Assembly: GCA_019347805.1 (NCBI GenBank)
Contig: JAHWKR010000002.1
Span: 2,137 to 66,136, forward strand
Origin: Methanobacteriota archaeon
GTDB lineage: Archaea; Thermoplasmatota; E2; JACPAO01; JAHWKR01
Direction of reading: 5' to 3'
Length of the DNA: 64,000 nucleotides
How positions within the stretch are numbered: position 1 is the stretch's first letter; each line of letters begins with the position of its first letter. The notes beneath the pieces were generated by a model. It saw nothing but the letters and a program-made list of their open reading frames with translations. It made no database searches and had not been told where the DNA came from. This document shows positions 1-9,129 of the stretch, one piece after another. The translations under genes and the position numbers were made by a program.

Positions 1-405
1 GGCGGCGAGGGCCTGGAACTTGACGTCGGCGTCGTAGGCCAAGCGTTGCGCCTTGGCGGGCGAGACGGGGCCTTCGAGGGTGTTCATGAGCCGCACCTTG
101 CCCTCGGGGGTGCGCGTGACGTCCCAGGTGGAGCGGACGCCGCGCTCGTCCTCGATGACGATGCGGTGCGGCGGGTCGACGGTGAGGACGGTGGCGTGGA
201 GGATGTTGCCGCCTTTCGTCAGCATCTCGATCTTGGCGCCCGCCATGCCCTCCTTGGCGGCCTCGATGATCTCCGCTCCTTCGATGCCGGCGGCGTAGAC
301 GGGGATGTAGTTGGGATCGATGAGGACCTCGAAGACACGCTCGGGGTCGCAGTCGATGTCGATGCTCTGCTCGATGCGTGTCAGTTTTGCCGTGCCGGTC
401 ATCAT
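1..405 (-). CDS. SRPBCC (START/Bet v1-like) family protein, runs off window start
   Basis: Not in ORF track. Manual translation MMTGTAKLTRIEQSIDIDCDPERVFEVLIDPNYIPVYAAGIE matches the SRPBCC N-terminal pattern; open to base 1. Confidence 0.7.
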   Translation of the reverse strand, partial: MMTGTAKLTRIEQSIDIDCDPERVFEVLIDPNYIPVYAAGIEGAEIIEAAKEGMAGAKIEMLTKGGNILHATVLTVDPPHRIVIEDERGVRSTWDVTRTPEGKVRLMNTLEGPVSPAKAQRLAYDADVKFQALAA

Positions 406-534
406 GTGCGGTCCCCGCCTGGAAGAAGATATGTGCCGGGCCACGGAAAAACGTTTGTCATGGCTACGGTGCGCGGCCGACCCGGCTCACGCTCCCCTCG
501 AAGGGCTGACATATCCGCCGTCGTTCCAGGAGGA

Positions 535-930
535 TCAGAGGCGGTTGGTCTGGAAGTTGTTGCGCAACGCGCGCAGTTTGCGGTCGAGTTCGGGACCGAT
601 GAGGCCTTCGTCGATCTCTTCCTCGGTGTCGATCGTGTTGTGCAATCGCACCGCTTTCCCGCGGCTCTGGATGGTCCATCGGATAAGCCGGCCGGTGTCG
701 GTCTTGAACGCGCAGCTCTCGCCACTCGCCGCTTCGATGACCTCGCCCTGCATCTCCTTGTGCTCGTGTGTGTGCAGCGTGAGACGCGTGCCGACGAGAC
801 GTGGCGTGATGCTCGTGATGGCGACGCGTTCGATGTCCGGTGAATAGCGCGGGATGTTGGTGGGGTCCGAGAGCACCTTGTACGCCTTGAACGGACTGGT
901 CTCGACTTCGATGGTGCGCTCGATCTTCAT
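535..930 (-). CDS. SRPBCC family protein
   Basis: MKIERTIEVETSPFKAYKVLSDPTNIPRYSPDIE; GGAGG SD just upstream of ATG 930; similar to the neighbour at 1-405. Confidence 0.75.
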   Translation of the reverse strand: MKIERTIEVETSPFKAYKVLSDPTNIPRYSPDIERVAITSITPRLVGTRLTLHTHEHKEMQGEVIEAASGESCAFKTDTGRLIRWTIQSRGKAVRLHNTIDTEEEIDEGLIGPELDRKLRALRNNFQTNRL

Positions 931-1096
931 ATGTTCCTCCCCAATCCTGGCGCCCGTGTGGCGCGAGAACAATGGGCACATCTGAAGAGGTTTCTTAAGC
1001 CTTGCCGAAACGGGTCCACCTCTTACCCGCCAGGTGGGTGGGACGAGGGCCATATGGCAACGGCCCGCGCGGACCAGAGCGGCCGATCTTCGGGGG

Positions 1097-2692
1097 CTAC
1101 TCGACGATCTCCTCGATGATCATGCCCTCGATCTTGTAGGGCCTCAGTTCGGCCGAAAGCGCCACCGCCTCCTGCAGTTTGTGGGCGTGCTCGGCGTAGA
1201 TGGTGAAGACCGGCTGGCCGCTCTTGACCTTCTCGCCGAGCTTGTGGTGGAGGAGGATGCCGGCGCCCTTGTCGCGCGGCGCACCGGCGGCACGGGCCAC
1301 CTTGATGAGCGCCTTGTTGGCGATCGATTCGACATAGCCGGTCTTCGATGCCACCACTTCCGCGGCGTGCTTTCCCGGCATGATGTCGGTCGACTTGATG
1401 TCCTTATTGCCGCCCTGCAGTTCGATGATCTTGAGGAACGTCTTGTGTGCCTGGCCCGATTCGATGGTCTCCCGCGCCATGTCGTAACCGGTCCCTTTCG
1501 GTGTCTTCCCGGCCAGTTCCAAGAGGAGCCCGGCCAGTTCGCACGCTTTTTCCATCAGGTTGCCGGGTACGTTCGTCCCCTCGAGCGCCGCGAGCGCCTC
1601 ACGCGCCTCGAGCGCCGGGCCGATGGCGTAGCCGATGGGTTGTTCACCGAAGGTGATGGCGACACGGATCTTGATGCCGATCTGTTCCCCGACCGCGATG
1701 AAGTCGCGTGCCAAGCGGCGTGCCTTGTCCTCGTCCTCGACCTTGGCGCCTGCGCCGGTCGGGATCTCGATGACGACGACCTGCGCGCCGACCGCCTTCT
1801 TCTTGGCCAAGACCGACGCGATGAGCTGCCCGTGCGGGTCCATCGAGAGCGGGTACTCGACACGGATGATGGCGTCGTCGGCGGGCGCAAGGCGCACACC
1901 GCCACCCCAGCAGAGGGTGCCACCCGCGGTCTCGGCGATGCGTTTGATGTCGCCGGCACCGTGCTCGACCGGGCAGAGTACCTCCATGAAGTCGGCGGTG
2001 CCGCAGGCGCTCGAGATGGCCCGGCTCGAGGTCTTCGGGATGATGCACCCGTGGCTCGCCACGGTCGATACGACGAGCGGGGCGTACTTGTTGCCCGGTA
2101 CGCCGCCGATGCTGTGGATGTCGAGGATCGGTCCCTGGTCGAACTCGATGCTCTCGCCGGTCTCGACCATCGCGTCGATCATGGCGACAATCTCTTTCAA
2201 CGATAGGTCGTGCATGTAGACCGAGACGGCGTAGGCGGTCAGTTCGATGTCCGAGAGTTGTCCGGTGGCGATGTCCTGGATGACGGTGCGGATCTCCTCC
2301 GCGTTCAGCTCGATGCCGTCCATCTTCTTCTTGATGAGCTCGACGCTCTTCGGGCGCGCAGCGGGAAGCACTTCGACGCGCGAGTCCTCACGGATCATGA
2401 TGATGTCGGCGACCTCTTCCGAGACGCCCACTTTCCCGGGCGGGACGAGGCTCGCCGTCGTGTTGACGATGGCGGTGATGCGATGACCGTCGCGCATGTC
2501 GACCACGGCGACGCGGTCGACCGGGTGCAGACCGAGCTCTTCAGCGTCCTTTTGGTTGAGGAACACCTGGGGTGTGCCGAGCGCGATGTCCATCGCGTAG
2601 GGCACGAGCTCGAGCGCGTTGCGGGTCCGGCGGCGGGTCGCCATCGGGTTGTCTGATGTCTTGGAGTCCTTGTCGTTGTTCTTCAAATCCAA
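1097..2692 (-). CDS. deoA: AMP phosphorylase (thymidine phosphorylase family, archaeal type)
   Basis: DIHSIGGVPGNK, PKTSSRAISSACGTAD, GAPRDKGAG motifs and N-terminal double-psi-barrel-like extension. Start is TTG 2692 or ATG 2644. Confidence 0.93.
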   Translation of the reverse strand: MDLKNNDKDSKTSDNPMATRRRTRNALELVPYAMDIALGTPQVFLNQKDAEELGLHPVDRVAVVDMRDGHRITAIVNTTASLVPPGKVGVSEEVADIIMIREDSRVEVLPAARPKSVELIKKKMDGIELNAEEIRTVIQDIATGQLSDIELTAYAVSVYMHDLSLKEIVAMIDAMVETGESIEFDQGPILDIHSIGGVPGNKYAPLVVSTVASHGCIIPKTSSRAISSACGTADFMEVLCPVEHGAGDIKRIAETAGGTLCWGGGVRLAPADDAIIRVEYPLSMDPHGQLIASVLAKKKAVGAQVVVIEIPTGAGAKVEDEDKARRLARDFIAVGEQIGIKIRVAITFGEQPIGYAIGPALEAREALAALEGTNVPGNLMEKACELAGLLLELAGKTPKGTGYDMARETIESGQAHKTFLKIIELQGGNKDIKSTDIMPGKHAAEVVASKTGYVESIANKALIKVARAAGAPRDKGAGILLHHKLGEKVKSGQPVFTIYAEHAHKLQEAVALSAELRPYKIEGMIIEEIVE

Positions 2693-3633
2693 CCCTCTCG
2701 TGTTCCGAACCGCTCGCGGATGAAGCGTTCGGTGTCGGCAGGGGCCACGGGGCCTTCCTCTGTGATGAAACGGGAGACGAGCGCTGGCGCGGTCCGGTCG
2801 AAGACCGGGTTGCGCACCTGGACGCCCGGGATCTCGACGCCGCTGAGCACCTCGGCCGGGTCGCGTTCCTCGATCTGGGGGTACGTGCCGTCGAGGCTGT
2901 AGGGGGAGAACTTGTGGCTCTCGGCGGCGACCAGGAACGGGATGTCCAGGCTTTTTGCACCGAGCGCCACGGCGCGGGTGCCGACCTTGTTGTAGAGCGC
3001 GCCGTCGGCGGTCACGGTGTCGGCCCCGGTGACCACGACATCGACCTCTTCCATTTCAAGGATGAGGTGAGCGGCGGAATCGACGATGAGCGTCACGTCC
3101 ACGCCCGCCTCGGCAAGGAGTCGTGTCGTGATGTGGCCCTGCCACCAGGGGCGCGTCTCGTCGGCGAACACGCGGATCTTCTTACCAGAGCGGTGCGTGG
3201 CGACCAGGCAGGCGACGGCGAGGCTGGAATGGCAATGGGTGAGCACCGTGCCGCCGTCGGGGATCTCTTCTGACATCCGCTCGGCGATGCGGTCCCGTGC
3301 CGCCTCGGACGCCTCGACATAGCGACGTGCCCGTCCGACCACGGCCGCGCGCAGCCGCGCGTCGTCCTCAGGGAGTCCGTCGAGGGTGAGGTTGACGGCG
3401 TTCCTGAGTGAGACGGCGGTCGGGCGGGCGGCGACCAAGGTGCGGCCGGCAGCGGACAGGCGCTTGCGTGCGTCGTCATCAGATGCGGATTCGGCGACGC
3501 GGGCGAGGCTGAGCGCTGCGGAGCGGCCGATCTTGGCGGCACCCCGGACCTCCATGGTCCGGATGAGCCGCGCCGCCTCTTCTGGCGACGCGGCCTTTTG
3601 CAGTCTCTCTGCCCACGTTTGGTCTTGTACCAT
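2683..3633 (-). CDS. Ribose-1,5-bisphosphate isomerase (eIF-2B alpha/beta/delta family)
   Basis: MEVRGAAKIG, RPTAVSLRN, LTHCHS, ETRPWWQG, GADTV, NKVGT, NPVFDRT; directly upstream of AMP phosphorylase. Confidence 0.9.
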   Translation of the reverse strand: MVQDQTWAERLQKAASPEEAARLIRTMEVRGAAKIGRSAALSLARVAESASDDDARKRLSAAGRTLVAARPTAVSLRNAVNLTLDGLPEDDARLRAAVVGRARRYVEASEAARDRIAERMSEEIPDGGTVLTHCHSSLAVACLVATHRSGKKIRVFADETRPWWQGHITTRLLAEAGVDVTLIVDSAAHLILEMEEVDVVVTGADTVTADGALYNKVGTRAVALGAKSLDIPFLVAAESHKFSPYSLDGTYPQIEERDPAEVLSGVEIPGVQVRNPVFDRTAPALVSRFITEEGPVAPADTERFIRERFGTREGWI

Positions 3634-3707
3634 GGCCTCACAAGGTCCGGACCCTGGGAATCACTCCAGAAGGTACAAGTCGTTTCCCCTACCGGTCGTG
3701 GGGGTCT

Positions 3708-6110
3708 TCATCCCTTGCGGCCGGACGGTGCACGACGTCTGCGGTCACGCCGTCGCGGTTCGGCCGCGGTCCCGGCAGGGGAGGGCCGCTCACGTTTGAC
3801 GGGTCTGCCGCTCCGCAGGTGAGCGCGCTCATGCACCCGCCCCGCCGCGAGGACCGCCTCTTCATCGCACCAAGTGCGGACCTCGGTGAGTTCCCAGCCG
3901 TCGCCGTCGTCGAGGAGGACAAGAAGGACGCCGTAGTGGCGGGCCACTCCGCGCAGCACGCGGCCGATGGCATTGTGAAGCGCGACGCGCGCGGACGGGT
4001 CCGGTGGCGGTGGTGGGAGGTCTTCGGAGGATAGGACGAGCACGTCGGGTCGACGCACGAGCGCGAGGACGACACGGAGCTTCCATCGGTCGAGCGGGGC
4101 GAGGCGGTCGTAGGGGAGCCGGCGTCGGTCCGGCGCCAGCCAGGCGAGGTCTTCGGCACTGCGACGCTGTTTCAGCCCGCTCGGGAGGCCGTGGCGTTCG
4201 GCTTCGTCGCCAAGGAGCAGGTCGGCATCCTTGCGCCCGTCCGCCGGGGTGGGCAGTCCGCTTTGCACGCGGCGGGCGAATAGGACCTGTGTCTCGCGCG
4301 CCGAGACCCCGCCCGTCGCAAGGGTGCCGCCGTAGGGGACACGCGTGGCGAGGACGCGACCAAGGATCCGCACGTCGGCCGCGGGACCGGCGATGCGCAG
4401 GACTTGGGGCCGGACCGCCTTGAGGTCGACACCGGCCAAGTGTGCGTCGCCGCTGCGCGCGGTCACGCCGGAGAGCACGAGGAGACCTTCCGGAGGCGGG
4501 ATGGCGGCAGGTGCGGACGACTGCGGCCTCCGTGTGCCGTAGACGGCGCCGCCGGGTGGACCGAACGTGGCGTCGATGCCATCATCGATCCCCGTCTGGG
4601 CCTGCGATGCGGGACGCGCAAGGCGAAGGAGGCCGACGACGAGGAGCGGAAGGAGGACGAGCGCCAGGACACCGAGGCCCAGCCACAAGAAGGTGCCTCC
4701 GTCCGCTGTGCCGAACCAGCTCTCTTCCGCGGCTCCGCTCTGCGGGGCGCTCTCGGCCGCCTTGCGGGCCGGCGGCGCCTCCAGCACCTTGGTGGATATC
4801 GTGTATTGCCCAAGCATCGGCCCATTGACGAGGAAGGCGACGGCGCCGGTCTCGTCAAGGAGGACCGGGTCGGTGCCCTTGCCGAAGACACTGCTTCCAG
4901 CCGATTTCGCTTCGGGCAGATTGTAGGCGACGGTCCCGCCGTGGTCGCGGACGAGCACACGGAAGAGATCGCGGGATGCGCCGACCTGTTGGATGTCGTC
5001 GATCTCGAGCCGCACGGTCTTGTCGTTCTTGATGTCCTGTTTGTTCTGTCCGGTCGCCCAGAGGAACGTGTGTCCCTCATCCTCACCGACGACCCAGGCG
5101 GTATGCCGTCGTCCGTCGGGTGCGATGAGGACACCGGCGATGGCGCCGTCGAGACGCGCCTCATGTTCGGGGATGAGCATCGGCGGTGGCGTCTTCCCTT
5201 GTTGCATGGCAAGGGAGACGTTCTCGATGTCGATGCGGAAGCGCACGACGAGCCCGTCCGTATAGCCGACGGCGAGGCGGGAGCCGTCCTCGGCGACGGC
5301 GGTGGAGGAGATCGTGACGCCGGGGTTGTACTGGTCGAGCGGGAGGGCGCCGACCGCTTGGAGACCACGGGCGCTGTAGGTGTAGACCTCGCCGTGGCCG
5401 GTCTTGTCCATGGCGGCGAACATCGGGTAAGCCGGGTGGCTGTAGAGGTGCGGGCCGAGTCGGATGTCGGCGCTCGCGACCTTGTTGAAACGTCCGGTGC
5501 TGTTGTCTTCGAACCAGACGGAGATGTCCTGTTCAGCGACGAAGAGGAACTTGCCGTCGGCGCGTATGCGTGCGGTCACGGTGTCCCGCAGTCCGTGGGG
5601 GGCGCCCGCTTCGTCGAACAGGCTCCACATGGGGGTCTTGCGGTCGCGATCGAGGACTTCGAGGTGGCCGTCCTGGAAGTGGATGACCGCCCGGTCGCCG
5701 TCGTGTGTCGGCTTGATGGAGATGACAGCTCCGTGGTGTTCGGCGTGGTAGACCGTCTCGGTGGGGACATTGTCGCCGGCGAGGGCGAGGAAGGCGATGA
5801 CGCCGTTGTCGGTGCCCCCGATGAGGGTCGAGCCGTCGGGTGACAGGGCGAGGGCGGTCCATCCCGTACCGTCCTGGAACCTGGGATTCCATTTGCGGAA
5901 GTCGTCGATGGTCCAGTCGATCTCGTACGGACCTGAATCCACTTCGGCCTTGCTTTCTCCTCGTGCCACCGAGGCGAAGACGGTGCCCGATAGAATGGCA
6001 GCGAGGATGAGGACGAGGATGACCTGGCGCCGGCGGTCGCTGGTCCCGGCGTCGGAAAGACCGCGTGTGGTCCGGCGGTTGCGGTTGCCGGTCCGGCGGT
6101 CTGGAGCCAT
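3708..6110 (-). CDS. Membrane protein: signal/TM + WD40-like beta-propeller + TM + degenerate ABC-ATPase-like domain
   Basis: ALALSPDGSTLIGGTDNG and STAVAEDGSRLAVGYTDGLV repeats; TM LWLGLGVLALVLLPLLVVGLL; C-terminal LALVRRPDVLVLS. Start is uncertain (ATG 6110 chosen). Confidence 0.65.
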   Translation of the reverse strand: MAPDRRTGNRNRRTTRGLSDAGTSDRRRQVILVLILAAILSGTVFASVARGESKAEVDSGPYEIDWTIDDFRKWNPRFQDGTGWTALALSPDGSTLIGGTDNGVIAFLALAGDNVPTETVYHAEHHGAVISIKPTHDGDRAVIHFQDGHLEVLDRDRKTPMWSLFDEAGAPHGLRDTVTARIRADGKFLFVAEQDISVWFEDNSTGRFNKVASADIRLGPHLYSHPAYPMFAAMDKTGHGEVYTYSARGLQAVGALPLDQYNPGVTISSTAVAEDGSRLAVGYTDGLVVRFRIDIENVSLAMQQGKTPPPMLIPEHEARLDGAIAGVLIAPDGRRHTAWVVGEDEGHTFLWATGQNKQDIKNDKTVRLEIDDIQQVGASRDLFRVLVRDHGGTVAYNLPEAKSAGSSVFGKGTDPVLLDETGAVAFLVNGPMLGQYTISTKVLEAPPARKAAESAPQSGAAEESWFGTADGGTFLWLGLGVLALVLLPLLVVGLLRLARPASQAQTGIDDGIDATFGPPGGAVYGTRRPQSSAPAAIPPPEGLLVLSGVTARSGDAHLAGVDLKAVRPQVLRIAGPAADVRILGRVLATRVPYGGTLATGGVSARETQVLFARRVQSGLPTPADGRKDADLLLGDEAERHGLPSGLKQRRSAEDLAWLAPDRRRLPYDRLAPLDRWKLRVVLALVRRPDVLVLSSEDLPPPPPDPSARVALHNAIGRVLRGVARHYGVLLVLLDDGDGWELTEVRTWCDEEAVLAAGRVHERAHLRSGRPVKRERPSPAGTAAEPRRRDRRRRAPSGRKG

Positions 6111-6313
6111 GGTCGGAGGAGGGAGTGCAGGGTCTCTCTTTTCAACGTTTGTGGCGACGACGTGGAACCGTCTGAAGGTACGGGGCGAGCCGCTGGGCAC
6201 CAGGAGAGACCATCAAGTTTCGTCAAGTCTTCAGTTGGCGTGGGGCGGAAGCACCGACCCCTTGATGCCGAAACGCCCAAATGGTCCCCCTTGTTCGGCC
6301 GCCCCGAGGCCTT

Positions 6314-7231
6314 ATGGTGAAGAAGATCGGATTCGTCGGCTCAGGCGCCATCGGTGCCACCTCGGCATATGCCACGCTGTCGCTCGTCAACGTCGATGAG
6401 ATCGTCATGTACGACATCTTCAAGGGACCCGCCGAGGGCCACGCGATGGACCTTTCCACGAGCGCCATCGCCTTCGGCAAGCGCACCCGCGTCCGTGGGA
6501 CCGACGATTTTTCCGAACTCGCCGGGGCCGACCTCCTCGTCGTCTCCGCCGGATTCCCCCGCAAGCCCGGCATGACGCGGCTCGACCTCCTGGAGAAGAA
6601 CGTCCAGGTCTTGCGCGATGTCGCGACGAAGACGAAAGAGCACTGCCCGGACGCCATCTTCCTCCTCGTCTCGAACCCTGTCGACGTCCTCCTCAGCGTC
6701 TGCCAGGACATCCTCGATTTCCCGCGCGAACGCATCTTCGGAATGTCGAGCCTGCACGACTCCGTCCGCCTCAACGACCTCCTCACCGACGCCGGCATCA
6801 CCGACTCGCAGGCGGTCATCCTCGGCGAGCACGGCGAGACCATGTTCCCGGTGCCGAGCCTCTCGACAGGGACCGGGATCGACGGGGTCGACTGGGACGA
6901 CCTCGAGACGCGCACCCGCGGCCGCGCCATGGAGATCATCGAGCGCAAAGGCGCCACCTCCTGGGCCCCTGGTGCCTGTGTCGCGCGCATGGTGCGGGCC
7001 GTGGTCGATGACACCCACGAAGAGATCCCCGCCTGCTGCCTCCTCGAGGGCGAATACGGCTACAAGGACGTCTCCATCGGCGTCCCGGCCGTCTTCGGCC
7101 GCAAAGGCATGCTCGAGATCAAGGAGTACGACCTCTCCGACGACGAGAAGACCAAGATGAAGAAGACGGTCGAGACCGTGCGCCAAAAGATCGAGGAAGC
7201 GCGCGAACTGAAAACCCAGGCCACCGCCTGA
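6314..7231 (+). CDS. mdh: Malate dehydrogenase (LDH-like MDH)
   Basis: KIGFVGSGAIG, SAGFPRKPGMTRLDL (Arg specificity loop), VSNPVD, ILGEHG. Confidence 0.9.
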   Translation: MVKKIGFVGSGAIGATSAYATLSLVNVDEIVMYDIFKGPAEGHAMDLSTSAIAFGKRTRVRGTDDFSELAGADLLVVSAGFPRKPGMTRLDLLEKNVQVLRDVATKTKEHCPDAIFLLVSNPVDVLLSVCQDILDFPRERIFGMSSLHDSVRLNDLLTDAGITDSQAVILGEHGETMFPVPSLSTGTGIDGVDWDDLETRTRGRAMEIIERKGATSWAPGACVARMVRAVVDDTHEEIPACCLLEGEYGYKDVSIGVPAVFGRKGMLEIKEYDLSDDEKTKMKKTVETVRQKIEEARELKTQATA

Positions 7232-7335
7232 GGGCGGATCTCCGGTCCGGCATCGGCCCCCGCTTCCAAAGTGCAGGAGCCCCTCGCGACGACAAGGTTC
7301 ATGCGGCTGCACCGCGACCGGTGTCGTCCGGCGTC

Positions 7336-7812
7336 TCAGTACATCTCGAGATAGACGCTGCCGGTGGCACCCGAGAGGCACGTCGCACCCGAGGTCTCAT
7401 CGACATAGGAGGCCTGGATCTCCAAGACGACCTTCTCGTCGTCGCCCACCGGCACCGGCGATTCGAAAGCCGTCGAGGCGCAGCCTTCGTACATCGGGTC
7501 GTGCGTGTCATCGCAGGCGGAGCTGTCGATGGCGCAGTCCGAGGTCTCGCCGCACGTCGTGTCGGTCGTGTCCCGGCCGTCCTGGTGGTCGGTGATGATG
7601 CAGAACGCGTAATACGGGTCGAACGGCACGTCCGGCGAGACGAGGATATAGAACTCCTGGTGCGGATGGTCACCGTCGAGGTCGAACGAGTACCCTTCAA
7701 GGGGGCCATACCGGAGGTCCACCTGGTGAGCCGCTGCAGGTACCGCCGAGGCGGCGAGCGCGAACACGAAGATGACGATCGGGGTCGTTCGAGGGGATCG
7801 GACTCTGTTCAC
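7336..7812 (-). CDS. Secreted Cys/Asp-rich hypothetical protein, paralog of 8422-8868
   Basis: Signal peptide IVIFVFALAASAVPAAA; shares YGPxxGYSFD, CxxTDHxDGR and VDETSGAxC with the neighbour. Confidence 0.7.
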   Translation of the reverse strand: MNRVRSPRTTPIVIFVFALAASAVPAAAHQVDLRYGPLEGYSFDLDGDHPHQEFYILVSPDVPFDPYYAFCIITDHQDGRDTTDTTCGETSDCAIDSSACDDTHDPMYEGCASTAFESPVPVGDDEKVVLEIQASYVDETSGATCLSGATGSVYLEMY

Positions 7813-8002
7813 CTCCGAGGCGTCACGGGGATATGTGACACTCTATAACGCTGTTCGGGTCGACATATTTAGGCAAGGGAGCGCACCCGACCCGTGCCCT
7901 GACTCAGACGGTCGACAAGTCTTGCTTGCCGCACATGAGATGCGGCTTTCCCCTGTCCGGTTGACGTGGATTTAAGGTGGCGCGCAAGAAAACCAGGAAG
8001 CG

Positions 8003-8224
8003 ATGTCCATGAAGAACCCGGTCCGCATGATGCTCGCCGTGACGCTCCTCGCCTCGTCGGCGCTCGTCGCTGGCTGTTTCTCGAACGGGGGGGACGCCGA
8101 CCATTATACGGCCGAACCCGAACAGACCGCCGAGGCGGAGAGCGCGATCGACATCGAGGTCGAGCCGGTGATGCCCGAAGGTGAGGTCACGGACCATCGT
8201 GATGCCACGGATGCGACGGCATAG
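8003..8224 (+). CDS. Small acidic lipoprotein
   Basis: Lipobox LVAGC after a hydrophobic stretch; TATA-like ATTTAAG at 7970-7976. Confidence 0.65.
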   Translation: MSMKNPVRMMLAVTLLASSALVAGCFSNGGDADHYTAEPEQTAEAESAIDIEVEPVMPEGEVTDHRDATDATA

Positions 8225-8293
8225 GGCGGTTGACCGGCCGGTCGACCGCGGCCACAGCGCTTATCGGTATTGGGAAGGGTACAGGTAAAGACG

Positions 8294-8410
8294 ATGGAAC
8301 GAGACCCGAGGCTCGTCCTCTGGGCGAGACGGCTCTGCCCGGTCGTCGCGGCGGTCGCGCTCATCGCCCTCTCCGGTTGCACAGGTGGCGGCGGCGGAAG
8401 CCCCTACTAG
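8294..8410 (+). CDS. 38-aa micro-lipoprotein MERDPRLVLWARRLCPVVAAVALIALSGCTGGGGGSPY
   Basis: Manual translation, ATG 8294 to TAG 8410; basic n-region, h-region, LSGC lipobox. Confidence 0.5.
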   Translation: MERDPRLVLWARRLCPVVAAVALIALSGCTGGGGGSPY

Positions 8411-8421
8411 AGCCGCCCGGC

Positions 8422-8868
8422 CTATGAGAACGTCACGTCGATCGTGCCGTTGACCGAGCCACGGCACATGGCGCCGCTGGTCTCGTCCACGAAGGTGAGG
8501 GTGGGCCGGATGCGGACGCGCAGTAGGTCGCCGAAGACGGATCCGCTCAGATACACACTCCCGCACCCTTGGACGCGATGGTCACTGATGTCGTCCGGGT
8601 CACCGTCAGGGGAGTCCCCACAATGGGTGTCTTCGCCGCGGCCGTCATGATGGTCGGTGAGGACGCAGACGTCGAGGTACGCGGAATCCAGGAAAGGGAG
8701 ACCGTCGTATACGAAGAGATCGTACGATCCGGATCCATCAGGCACGGGTATATCGAATGAATAGCCTCTCACGGGACCATAATCATAGGTCTCGCTGCCG
8801 GCGGAGCCGAGACCCGTCGCGCCGAGTAAGAGAACCGAGGCGATGACGATGTGGTGAGACGTCTGCAT
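8422..8868 (-). CDS. Secreted Cys/Asp-rich hypothetical protein, paralog of 7336-7812
   Basis: MQTSHHIVIASVLLLGATGLGSA signal peptide; motifs shared with 7336-7812. Confidence 0.7.
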   Translation of the reverse strand: MQTSHHIVIASVLLLGATGLGSAGSETYDYGPVRGYSFDIPVPDGSGSYDLFVYDGLPFLDSAYLDVCVLTDHHDGRGEDTHCGDSPDGDPDDISDHRVQGCGSVYLSGSVFGDLLRVRIRPTLTFVDETSGAMCRGSVNGTIDVTFS

Positions 8869-9032
8869 GGGGAGCGTGCACCACGACGTGGTCCTCATAG
8901 AAGCCGTTTGAGGATGGAAAATGGGGCTCTCCGAAGGTCGGAACGAGAACGACCGTCCCACCACTCTATTTCTCGATAAGAGTGGAACGTAGCACCAATA
9001 GAAAAAAAGAGATTGCAATGAACCTTGTTTCT

Positions 9033-9055
9033 TGTTAAATTGGAACATTTGTTCC
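9033..9055 (+). promoter_or_regulatory. TATA-like box (TTAAAT) followed by NrpR-type operator GGAA-N6-TTCC
   Basis: GGAACATTTGTTCC at 9042-9055 (palindromic GGAACA/TGTTCC) in an AT-rich island upstream of amt. Confidence 0.7.
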
Positions 9056-9129
9056 GCCACGTTTCCAGGGGGTCAAATCCTGGGACGGCCTACGACGGGT
9101 GTCCGGGTGGACCTGGACAGGAAGAAACG

